Positions 24,446 to 35,430 of a stretch of DNA of 64,000 bases are shown here, in pieces. The translations under genes and the position numbers were made by a program. Under the pieces are notes generated by a model, which had not been told where the DNA came from, did not search any database, and saw nothing but the letters and a program-made list of their open reading frames with translations. The DNA comes from Asterias rubens (taxonomy: Eukaryota): positions 30,690,001-30,754,000 of the forward strand of contig NC_047062.1 of the NCBI RefSeq assembly GCF_902459465.1, read 5' to 3'. The stretch's first letter is position 1, and every line of letters begins with the position of its first letter.

Positions 24446-24988
24446 AGGCATTTACATTTCAATGTTCACATATTATTTTTTTATGGATCGTAAAACATTG
24501 GTTGAAAGAATGACTACTGTTCTACCAAAGTGGTCCTGTAGCAAGCACTTCGGTTGGTTTTCTCCAAGTTACCCAAATACGTTTTTTTAAAGCCTTATAG
24601 TTTCCAAAGCATGATTCTCCATGTACAAGGGAAGAATATTATTTGTATTAAACCTAAAGCTTTGTGAACACTTTGAGTGTATTCCGGTCCTACTATTTGG
24701 TGTGCTTGTCCTCGAAAATAAATCTCTATGATATCCATAATGTATATTATTCAACATGTTTTTGTGGTCACATTATTCTCATCTCATTTGCACAGGGCTA
24801 CACGTATGATTTCGCTTTTCCCCTTTATACTATATTATTTTCGGAAAAGTGCAAGCATTCACGCGAAAAAGTAAACCATTATGGATAATCTGTGCGGTCA
24901 GTTGGAACGAAAGCTTCAATTGGAATGATGTGTTATGTGAAAAGTAAAAAGGGGGTGGCCTTAAAAAATCAATATCGTATTCTGTTAA

Positions 24989-25366
24989 AGGCAGTGGACA
25001 CGATTGGTAATAACTCAAAATAATTATTAGCACAAAACCTTACTGGGTAACGAGTGATGGGGAGCTGTTGATGGTATAAGACATTGTGAGAAACGGCTCC
25101 CTCTGAAGTAATGTAGTTTTCGAGAAAGAAGTAATTTTCCACGAATTTGATTTCGAGACCTCAGATTTAGAATTTGAGGTCTCGAAATCAACAATCTGAA
25201 AGCACACAACTTCATGTGACAAGGGTGTTTTTTCTTTCATTATTATCTCGCAACTTCGACAACCAATTGAGCTCAAATTTTCACAGGTTTGTTATTTTAT
25301 GCATCTGTTGAGATACACCAAGTTAGAAGACTGGTCTTTGACAATTACCAATAGTTACCAGTGTCT
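24989..25366. mobile_element. Kolobok-like TTAA MITE copy, 68 bp upstream of the PLAC8-B ATG
   Basis: TTAA-AGGCAGTGGACAC...CCAGTGTCT-TTAA. Confidence 0.8.
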
Positions 25367-25434
25367 TTAAGCACAACACTGTAGTGAATTTTTTGCTTGT
25401 TTTGTTTGAAGTTTATTTTCAGAACTACGTTACG

Positions 25435-27932
25435 ATGGAGACTACTTCCACAACAGTCACAAGGACAACAGTAATAAGTGAGCAGCCACGGGAGGGACAG
25501 AGCCGATCTGTCGTCATCCGGGTAAGAGTTTTTTTTGTATCTATGTATTTATTTTGTAATGATTTACTCATACATTATCCAGAAAGGAATGGATATATTG
25601 TTTCGTTAATTAACAAAAGGATAACAATATATGTACATACATGAACATACAACACACACAATTAAAATGGACGAAAAGACTAGGGCTCACTCTATGAGAG
25701 ACCTTACTCTCTTATTAATGTAAAAGAGTGAAAGATGTAAAAGAGTAAAAGATTGAAAATACAAAGAATACAACAAATACAGAATAATTAAGTACTATAT
25801 GATATTTTTATTGCAGGGGCCCAATACAGAACACGGCTGGTCTACAGGTCTGTGTGACTGTATGAAAGATCCAAAGTCATGTGAGTATAGAATGCTAAGC
25901 ATGTCGTGACACCTGCATCCCTCAGCAAGACACGTAACCATTCCCTCGTCCTTCGGATGGGACGTAAAGCCATTGGTCCAGTGTGTTGTGTAACGCACGT
26001 AAAAGAACCGAGTGCACTTATCGAAAATAGAAGGGGTTCGCCCTAGTGTTCCTGGCTGTGGCTAGCTGCTGAATGCGCCGTAGCACCTTGCTACATAATC
26101 AGAATTCATAACTTCAATAACCTCTCTTTCTGTAAAATGTATGTACTAAGCACCGTGGAGTACCTTGTTGGTAGATACGTGCGCTGTGTAAGACTTCGAT
26201 AACTTTATGAAGAAAAACAAATAATATCCAAAGTTTGTATGAATTTAAAGTGTCCTTTGGAAGGTTTCTTACGTTTCCAAGCAGTTGACATATTTGTATC
26301 ATCCTCAATAAGAAATGTATTCATAATATTGCTACTATAACATTCTTAGTTTTATCATTTATTTATGTACATTACATTTACACCAATGTGCACCAAAAGA
26401 ACTGTCTTATGTTCGTCTGTCCTATTGTATGCATGTCTGTCTGTTTGTTTTGTTTCTTTGTCTGTTTGGCTGTTTTTATTTACAAGCTTCTGCTTATCAA
26501 AACAGCCACATACTCTATTTATTACAATATCCTGCTTACTACTACTTAATGTTAGTTTTGCTTTACTCCAAATAGTTACATGCAAATTGTCGATATTTTT
26601 CATGGAAGTATGGAAATAAATGTCGAAGGAAAGCGTGCTGAAATTTCTGGACAGTTTATAATATTGACGTCAGATTTGTTTTTATATTTTTTTAGGTTTG
26701 TTTGCCTTCATTTGTCTGCCGTGTTTCGACTGTTACCTTGCTACTAGAATGAGGGAAGCCTGTTGTATACCAATCATGGTACCCGGCGGTGAGACTGCCA
26801 TGCGCACAAAGCTTCGAACACAGGAAAACATTTACGTAAGTCTTGGGTTCACATCCCGATGAGGACCATTTTGATTCGTCTCATTCCATAAGTGGCTATT
26901 TCACTTTTACTGTGATTAAGGCACCATAAGGCACCAGCGTAAAACTCCAAACGCGAGATTTCTCACCAAATAAAATTACATTTCAGACATAAATATTTAA
27001 AGGGATGTTTTCTACACTATCATCATCATTAGACCGTGTAAGTTTTATGTAAATCTACACGATTTTGTTGCTTACCAATTCTGTATGTTCCTTTGAAACT
27101 CGACTTAGTTGCTTACTACACAATGCTATTTATTTCATTCATTTGTGTTTTCAATTGTTGATTGCTGTAATACTTATCGTTGTAAAGCGTCGAGTGGTGC
27201 CTTTTCTGTGTTAGAACGCTGTATTCAGTGTTGCTTGATTATTATTATTAGATAGTTATAATGGTGTGGATACGTTTTGGGGCAGTTTCTTCTCTACTGC
27301 AAGTTTCATGAATGTTTTGTCATGTAGAGGCCGAACGGATCTCTCACAGTAGCCTTGCTCAAGGCAGCAGTCGCATTATTCACTCCGAAAAGACGCCGCT
27401 GTAAACCCACCCTTATACACTGTGCTTACTGTGTATTCACACCCCACCACCACCCAACCGTATACATTGTACATGTACACCCTCACATCGCTAAACGCAC
27501 ACCGTACATACGACTATTGTGTACAAGTCATCCGCACTCGTACCACTAACCCGCATGCGGAGGGCCGACGCATGCGGATAGTGTACGGGGGCATCCTGTG
27601 CACAAGTCATCCGCACTCGGTCCACTAACCCGCATGCGGAGGGCCGACGCATGCGGATAGTGTACGGGGGCATCTTGTCGTGCGGTGTGGTTATACGCAC
27701 AGTGTATACGGGTGGGTTTTTATACAGCGGCAGTCGTTTTTCGGAGTGAATAATTCGACTGCCTTGAGCAAGGCTACTCTCACAGTGAAATGTTGCCTTC
27801 TGATGATGCTTTCCTCCTTTCTCCTGTCTGCAGGGTTCCATCTGTGATGACTGTCTTAAAGTTAGCTTCTGCCCCTGCTGTGCCTTAGCTCAGATGTCAC
27901 GAGAATTGGACCATATTGAGCATAAGATCTAG
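25435..27932 (+). CDS. PLAC8/cornifelin-family Cys-rich protein, paralog B (129 aa)
   Basis: Exons 25435-25521, 25817-25880, 26696-26835 and 27834-27932 (phases 0,1,0): METTSTTVTRTTVISEQPREGQSRSVVIR-GPNTEHGWSTGLCDCMKDPKS-CLFAFICLPCFDCYLATRMREACCIPIMVPGGETAMRTKLRTQENIY-GSICDDCLKVSFCPCCALAQMSRELDHIEHKI*. Confidence 0.92.
27350..27776. mobile_element. 427-bp TIR element with ~50-bp TIRs and a perfect 9-bp TSD, in PLAC8-B intron 3
   Basis: CTCTCACAG-TAGCCTTGCTCAAGGCAG...CTGCCTTGAGCAAGGCTA-CTCTCACAG, with an internal 79-bp tandem duplication at 27518-27675. Confidence 0.85.
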
Positions 27933-28823
27933 TAATCTTCGCCAAGAAAATATATGTATTCCCCTTGCATCTGTAATCATGTTTGCACATATTAAGCTCC
28001 ACGTGTATAGGATTGTTGCAAAGATATCATAAACACCTTCTTTTTGAAATTGTAGTCCACCACTCATAAGTAGTATGGCTAAATTACTGTAAGGCATTGG
28101 ATACCTTTTCTTGTCAAAGACGTAAGCTTCCTAATGTATATCTGTGTTTTGATTGGTCCGAGGTGACGTTTAGCTGCTGCACTTTAGGTCGTCTGCATAT
28201 GAATGGAGGTGAAAGGTGAGTATGGACGGGGATTGACTTAAGCTAGAGGCCACTCTATGGCGTTACTCTCAAGCCTCGAAGTGTGACGTCAGGTGTTCAG
28301 GCTATAGGTCTTCATTGACCTCAGTGAGTGAGGGCACTGTTTGGGTCTTATGACGTCATGTGCAAATAGGGTACACATGTACATTTATAAAATGTACATT
28401 CACTGTACTCGGATAGGGCCGAATCTAGGGCTGGACTTTGCTCTTTGACGATTGTTTTCCATACGTATTTTAAATAGGGTCGTCACACTTTCTATAGGCC
28501 TAAACAAACTTTGTTCACTTTTTTTTCAACAAAAAACAATGTACAAATGTACATGTATGCTTTAAATAAACAGGTAGGTCACTACGTAGACTAAAGACCA
28601 ATGATGTATAATGACTTCTCTATATTTATAGATTGTAGGCATCAGACAGAACCTTTGGATTCGGTGAAATCAAAGAACACAACACCAGAAATTCTGTTAG
28701 TAAGATCTAAATCTCACAGTTTATATCAACACTATTATGCTACTGTTTTTTTATGTACATGTAATTATTATTGCTGTATTTATTGTTACACGGTAATAAA
28801 CAAGCAGCTCAGGTCACAGTTAA

Positions 28824-29202
28824 AGGCAGTGGACACTATTGGTAATTGTCAAAGACTAGCCTTCACAGTTGGTGTATCTCAACATATGCATAAAATAACA
28901 AACCTGTGAAAATTTGAGCTCAATCGGTCATCAAAGTTGCGAGATAATAATGAAAGAAGAAAACACCCTTGTCACTCGAAGTTGTGTGCGTTTAGATGGT
29001 TGATTTCGAGACCTCAAGTTCTAAACTTGAGGTCTCGAAATCAAATTCGTGGAAAATTACTTCTTTCTCCAAAACTATGGCACTTCAGAGGGAGCCGTTT
29101 CTCACAATGTTTTATACCATCGACCTCTTCCCATTACTTGTCACCAAGAAAGGTTTTATGCTAATAATTATTTTGAGTAATTACCAATAGTGTCCACTAC
29201 CT
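28824..29202. mobile_element. ~380-bp non-autonomous DNA transposon (MITE) with TTAA TSD and AG..CT termini, Kolobok-like; representative full copy
   Basis: TTAA-AGGCAGTGGACACTATTGGTAATT...AATTACCAATAGTGTCCACTACCT-TTAA. Other full or partial copies lie at about 463-770, 8440-8795, 9870-10155, 17456-17770, 20174-20562, 21009-21140, 24989-25366, 29398-29650, 45442-45830, 50090-50444, 50702-50981, 54403-54720 and 63455-63730. TTAA TSD with purine-purine 5' ends fits Kolobok better than piggyBac. Confidence 0.8.
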
Positions 29203-29928
29203 TTAAGATATTTTTGGCATCTGCCAATCAATGGATATTAACCATTTCTTATACATGTAGCCGTGCCTTAATTACAGCCATTTTGTATCTGATAAATTAA
29301 ACTTCTCTCGTTTGTTTTTTTATCGAACATGTGATATTGGCATTCATTACCCGTATGTTGTTGCATCATAACCCGTATCTACACGACGTGTACGTTTAAA
29401 GGCGCTGGGCACCTTTGGTAATTGTCAAAGGCCAGTCTTCTCACTTGGTGTATCTCTACATACGCATCAAATAACAACCCTGTGAAAATTTGAGCTCAAT
29501 TGCTCATCGAAGTTGCAAGAAAATAATAAAAGACTTCAGCTGAAGTATATTTACTTAAGTGAGAAGTTGCCTCTTTCTCAAAAACTAGGTACTTCCGAGG
29601 GAGCCGTTTGCTTTCCATTGCTCGTTACCATAGTGTTCAGTGCATTTAAAATACAAGGGACATACGTACACCACTTGCTCTATACATACAAATACTAATT
29701 AATTTTATCGCCACAGTTATTGTAACATTACTGATGCTCGGACATAATTTATACAACAAAACTGACCTATATACAACCATGGAGGAAATTTATTCCTCCG
29801 TGATACAACACTACAGTACTGTACACGTGAGTGGGGTTTAGTATCCTCCCCCTTCAAGAAAATAAACAAATGGTTCGATAAGCCTTCATTAAATAGCACC
29901 CCTCAAAAAAACCCCGCAACAAACACCC

Positions 29929-29976
29929 CAACAAACAAACAAACAAACAAACAAACAAACAAACAAACAAACAAAC
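29929..29976. repeat. (AAAC)n microsatellite
   Basis: About 12 perfect units. Confidence 0.95.
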
Positions 29977-30281
29977 ACCCAAATGCATTGTTCTCCCATA
30001 ACATATGCCAGCTCAAAGCACCTGATCGGAACTAGTCAGTGATGGATATCTTCCATGACGGACGGGCCAGTGAATTGAAAAGCTAACTGGTCCTGCTGGC
30101 CAGGCAGTCACATGCAAAAAGTTAAATGCCGTTAAGTGCAGTGTTATGTCTTTTACTCTGCTTGTCCCCGCCCCACTTGACCCCCCCCCCCCAATGGAAA
30201 CGGCTGGTTACGCCCATGATCGTTTTTAAGTTTCTGATTGCAAAATGAGTCAATACCATCTCTTGGACCTGCATGCATGTT

Positions 30282-33200
30282 TTACTGAATTGAACAAACT
30301 GTGCTTTTATTCTGTTCCAGGGCTGTAGGAAGGTTGGATTTCTTGTTTCGATGTAGTCGGTCGATCACCTGTAATAAAAGAAACGAACAAGACTTTGATT
30401 TCCCCACATATTTTAAAGCAAAAATTCATAAAAAAGCACAAGAAAACAAGCGTCCAAAGCCATGTAGAAATAATAATAAATAGTAATTTATATTTCTCTC
30501 CAGGACCAGTCTGTTCGAGGGTGAAGACTTTCAGGGGTCAGGGTTACAGAACTTATGTACAAGAGGGGAAGAGTGTGTACAATCTTTTTGAACACCCTCT
30601 ACCACATATCTGCCATGTTGTATTAGGGCTACAATCCCCGCCAAAATGCATGGGCCACCCATTTCCAACGTTACATAAAACCACTCCATGTCCTCTTCCC
30701 ATGACAAGAAAACTCCCTCCCCGCTCAACGTTGACTGGAACGCAGAAGACCGTGCAATCCCTACCAGCATTGAAAGGGGGCAGGGGGCCCAACGAGATAT
30801 TCCTCAGTTGGTAAAGCGCCGGCACGATAATCCGGAGGTCGTTGGTTCGAATCCCACTCTAGTCAATTCTTTGCTCAACCCCCAAATCATGTTATGTTTT
30901 ACATACCGCAAGGCACTCCATGAAGTCCAGGTCACTGGATCCATCAGCGTCTATTTGTTTGACGATATCTCTAACCTGCTGCTTGGTGAACAGTAAACTG
31001 CTACTCTCCAAGATTCGGTCCAGCTCATCTGCATCGATTGTCTATTTATAGAAAATAATTATTTAAAAGGGAAAAATGATTATAATGGGATTTGGACCAA
31101 CAACTCAATGACAATATATTTGTTTTGAAAATGAGAATTCCCTGAAGACTATAAGAACATTTACCAATTTACCGCAAGTTTCTCAGTCGTTTACCGGAAA
31201 TTCCTCACTCATTATTACATCGAGTCATGTTTCTCACTATTTTACTTCAAGTTCATCATCACTTTTTTACCCCAAGTTCCTAACTCGCTTACCTCAACTC
31301 GCCACACAGTCACTTCAAATTCCTCTTTATAATTAAAAGTGCACTTTGTGCTTTGGACAATCAAGTTTACCGTCGGAAATAATTACAGTGCATCTTATGT
31401 TTTAACTTACCCCATCTTTATTGGAGTCAGCTTGTACAAACTTCTTCTCAGCGACAAGCAGGACAGACAGCTTCAGGTCGGGATAGGTCTGGGCGATCTC
31501 CTATGGATTTCATACACACCAAGGAATAGTCAGTTAAAATCTGTATTAAACATGGCCAATGTGGCATAGGGTATCCCCCAATAGTCCACTACCTCAAAGG
31601 CACTGGATATGTTTGGTCACTTGTCAAAGTCCAATATTCTATTATCACTTGGTGTATGGTGTATTCCCAAGTGTAAGGCCGACAGGGTTAAGGTTTTGGA
31701 TGCCGGCTGCGCAAATGTTTTCTGACGTAAGGCGATGTGACTGAAAACAAAATGACTCTCATTTGGGACTTGAGTCAAGTCTACGTTACGTAAAAATATT
31801 CACCACTTCTTCACTCTATAATAATATTCCTTAGAGGGCGCTCATACCTCATAGTACTTGTACGTATCTTTCTTTTCCGCTTCCTTTGCCACTTCGACCT
31901 TAATTTCCACAGGAGGTTTGAGACCCTTTCTCGGCTTCTGTCTTGGGTTGGCATGCTTGGCTGTCTTGGGACGAACTTTGCGGCCGTTCTGTTTACCAAG
32001 TAAAGATAGGACAAAATAGCTGTAAGACATTTAGAACTGCACAGGTTTTGGTGTCAGGCCACTTCTAACATTTCGTACCCGTGTGTCGATTTCACGAAGA
32101 GTTAGGACTAGTCCTTTAGGACTATAGTCCTGAGAGATATTAAAACTTAAGGCTAGTCCTTAAGTACATGTAGTACGATTAATTCGTCCTTACTCGAGAT
32201 AAGACTTATAGTCATAACTCTTTATGAAATCCACCCGGGGTCGATTTCACAAAAGATAGTACACTGTACTAAACTTTGGACTAGTCTAAGGAGCTATTCA
32301 AAACCTAAGGGTAATCCTAAGTTTGGATAGGGAGCAAATATTCTGTATATTATTGCTCCATGGTTAGGATGAGTTACTCGTCTTATCTCTTTGTGAAATC
32401 CACCCCTGACCACTTATGTATTACTTGAAAGACAATGATGAAGTGATAACAATAGATTATTCATTTCGAACCAGCCATTTTGTTTTCTTACTTTAGGTGT
32501 TGAGACTGGCGTGTTGCCTGCTGCTGGGCTAGCGGATGGAGCTTGTATCTTATCTTTGGTTTCTGATTTTGAACCCTTCCCCTTCAACGCTTTCAGCTGA
32601 AAATGTAATTAATAAAGAAATCACATAATTATAATGGTAATTATATACTATAACTTATAAGCATTTAAAACTGTGTTAATATGCATGCAAATTGATTTTT
32701 ATTGAAACTTACATGAATGTTAAAATCAACAACAAACGCATATAAATGTTTTATGTGTTTTTCTCACAAGATCAAAAACACGTTCGAAGCATTGCATTGC
32801 ATTACATTAATTTCAATACGCGTAATTTTTGGAGGGGGGGGGCGTGCAATAGGTTTGAGACAGAATTTCTTGAATTAATCTTGAATTGAAGTTCATGAAG
32901 CAAAGACATTTGTTTGCAGTTGTATTCATAAAGGTATATCTTTTGGGAAGTTTTCAAATGCAATACAAGTTTCTACAACGGTGTGATTTTGTAGTGCATT
33001 CTCAGTCAGTCAGTTGTATTTGACTCAATCGTGGTTTGAACAAGAAACTTGACGATTTTCAAAAGGCCTTTACACAAAATTGAGTCACGAAGTTTAATCC
33101 AATAATAATAGCTACATTTTCCCGTGTATATAACAGAGCAAAGTGTTGTGCAACATAGTATGTATCAGTTGCTACTCAAAAATCACCATTTATTTTTGCT

Positions 33201-33845
33201 ACTCAATTAGCATTCTGTGTGCACAAAATCTGCTATGCAAAAGTGCTGATGAAATCATTCGATGAGAAACTATTCATTATTTTTATATGCAGAAATTACA
33301 GCAAAATCGTATTGCCATTGATTAGTTATCAAATGTAAATACATATCAGATGACCAGTGCGATAGTAATATTTGTATAACGGTGACAGGTTCTGTGTTGC
33401 TATGGGTTTGTACGCAAAAAAACTAGTCCCTATTTATTTACATTGACTGCACGTACGTCTAATAACATAATGGGAAAGGTTTTTAAAAACGCCTCCATCA
33501 AAAAAAATTAAAACAAATTATACAATGTGATTTTATCATAAGTGGGCTTTTCGACATTTTGAAGAGGATTTATGTTATTAGATGTCCCTACCGGCGCCCG
33601 CGATTGTATCAATATCAATATAAAACAATAATAAATTGTTATACCTCCGTCTCCAATTTGTCAATTTTCTGGTAAAGTTCGAAAGATGTACTCATGGCAC
33701 TATTTAGGGCCTTTTCTTTCTCATCCAATGCAGTTTTCAACGCTTCCTTGTCTCTTAGTAAAAGAACGAACTCCGAGGTTTTCTGTGTGCGTGTTTGGTC
33801 CCCACCCTCCGGGGCTTCGGTGCCATTTCCCCCGGTATCAGCCAT
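30282..33845 (-). CDS. Uncharacterised coiled-coil / two-EF-hand protein with C-terminal CaaX (CSIQ), about 252 aa
   Basis: Six minus-strand exons: 33845-33645, 32596-32492, 31988-31848, 31500-31411, 31041-30907 and 30368-30282. All introns are GT-AG and phase 0, with no stops in the joined frame. EF loops are DSNKDGTIDADE (split by an intron) and DADGSSDLDFME. The protein ends ...EQNKSTVCSIQ*. The start ATG (AGGATGG) has an in-frame stop upstream, but a further 5' exon is not excluded. Confidence 0.85.
30786..30880 (+). mobile_element. tRNA-derived SINE head; second copy at ~57608-57690 (-)
   Basis: CTCAGTTGGTAAAGCG...GGTTCGAATCCCACTCTAGTCAATT; the acceptor stem does not pair. Confidence 0.65.
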
Positions 33846-34010
33846 CCTGAGCTCTGGTGGTCACCGAATACAATGTAGTCCGGTTTCGTAGGAGTTTCTC
33901 TAAACCGGTTCCAATCGACTTTTCCTAATGTGTCCGAAACGGAATGTGTACTTTTAGAAGACCTTTTTCGGCAATCCTCAAAGTTCAATTCCCTTTTCTC
34001 TCTTGTGTCA

Positions 34011-34330
34011 TTGATATTCCGCTGGTGTCACTGATGTTCCTCTGGCGTAACTGATGTACCTCCTGTGTTACTGATGTTCCTTTAGTGTCATTGGTAATTC
34101 ATTGTTGTGTCGCGGCTGATATTCATGGTGTCACGATGCTCCACTGGTGTCACTGCTGTTCCTCTGGTGTCACTGATGCTCCACTGGTGTCACTGCTGTT
34201 CCTCTTGTGTCACTGATGTTCCTCTTGTGTCACTGATATTCCTGGTGTCACTGATGTTCCTCTTGTGTCACTGATGTCCCTTTGGTGTCATTTGTGTTCC
34301 TTTGGTGTATGTAGATGTTCCCCTGGTTTC
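34011..34330. repeat. 20-bp minisatellite (CTGGTGTCACTGATGTTCCT-like) upstream of the EF-hand gene ATG
   Basis: Roughly 15 degenerate head-to-tail units. Confidence 0.9.
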
Positions 34331-35224
34331 ACGCGGTGCTGTTATGCCTTTCCTATTGAAATACCCATTAGATACCTCACCACAGATTTTCGATGAGTCG
34401 GCTTTCGACTTTGAATGAGCCGGATAATGCTTTGTTATTCGCCTTCTCAGTAAATAGTCGCCAATCGATGAACTGTGTATCAACAATCAATGAGTTCTGA
34501 ATGCATTCTGTTACAATCGCTGGACGGTAGAACTTTGTCATCCTCCTGGAATGATCGTTTACATGCGTGGTGTGACGTTTATTTAGTTGCTATCATGTTT
34601 GTTGGTAGCTACAATAATGCATGGGGATCATCCAGCTTGAGATTTTGTTTGCTCACTTGCCTTGTGAGTCTTTGTGGTTTTGTCACGGCTGTGTGAATGG
34701 CAGATTTGGTTGGCCTATCTTTGCCTTGTATTTGCATAACAAGAGGACGGGAGTTTGCGTTGACAGAAGTCTCATGAATAATTATATTAAATCCCGGCAA
34801 TAAACAGCTATTAAAAGTGCTATTGTACACAACTCTGTTCAGTAAAGTTTCTCTTTTGTTGATCAGAGACTCTGTGCATCGAACCGGACCCTATATATAA
34901 AAGGAAGGGGGGGGCACTGGGCGGGTTTTTAGGTGGGTCTGCTTTAGGGTTGAGTGAGCATGGTGTCCTTGCTCTGGGTTGAGTGACCCTCATGTAACCA
35001 CGGGGAAAGAAATTGTTCAACTCTGTTCTCGGTAAAGTTTCCCTTCTGTTAGAAGACTCGATCTGTGCATTGATCCAGACACTAATTAGTGATGGGCACC
35101 CACAGGGCTGGTTTCTAGGCTTGTGTTAGGGTACAGCGATGAGCATGCTCTGAGCATCTGCATCCTGAGTTGAGTAACCCTCTCGTCATCCCCATCTTAA
35201 GGAATGAAACAAGATGGTAGGGTA

Positions 35225-35430
35225 AAATCTCTTTTGAGATGAGGTGTTAGCTCCGAGAAGAGCCGCTTTGGACTCAACGTTTCGAACCTTCTCGACTGCT
35301 CGTCTTCAGGAGAAAGAGTAGAGTATAATTGTTGAATAGAGACCAAACCGGCTCTTCTCAGAGCCAACAATCCTCCCAGGAGATTTATGGATATATCCGA
35401 AAATTTACTAGATATTCAACTATTTTAAAC
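35225..35430. mobile_element. Penelope-like pLTR remnants in inverted arrangement; hammerhead-like core on the minus strand (35273-35313)
   Basis: The minus strand reads CTC-CTGAAGA-C-GAGCAG...TTC-GAAAC-GTT-GAG. The plus-strand 35338-35430 matches 13061-13140. Confidence 0.6.

Noticed and set aside
30786-30862. Apparent tRNA genes (also ~315, 1885, 7200, 55800, 57610 and 59905)
   Set aside because: A/B boxes are present but acceptor and anticodon stems do not pair properly, and each continues into a shared repeat body, so these are SINE heads.
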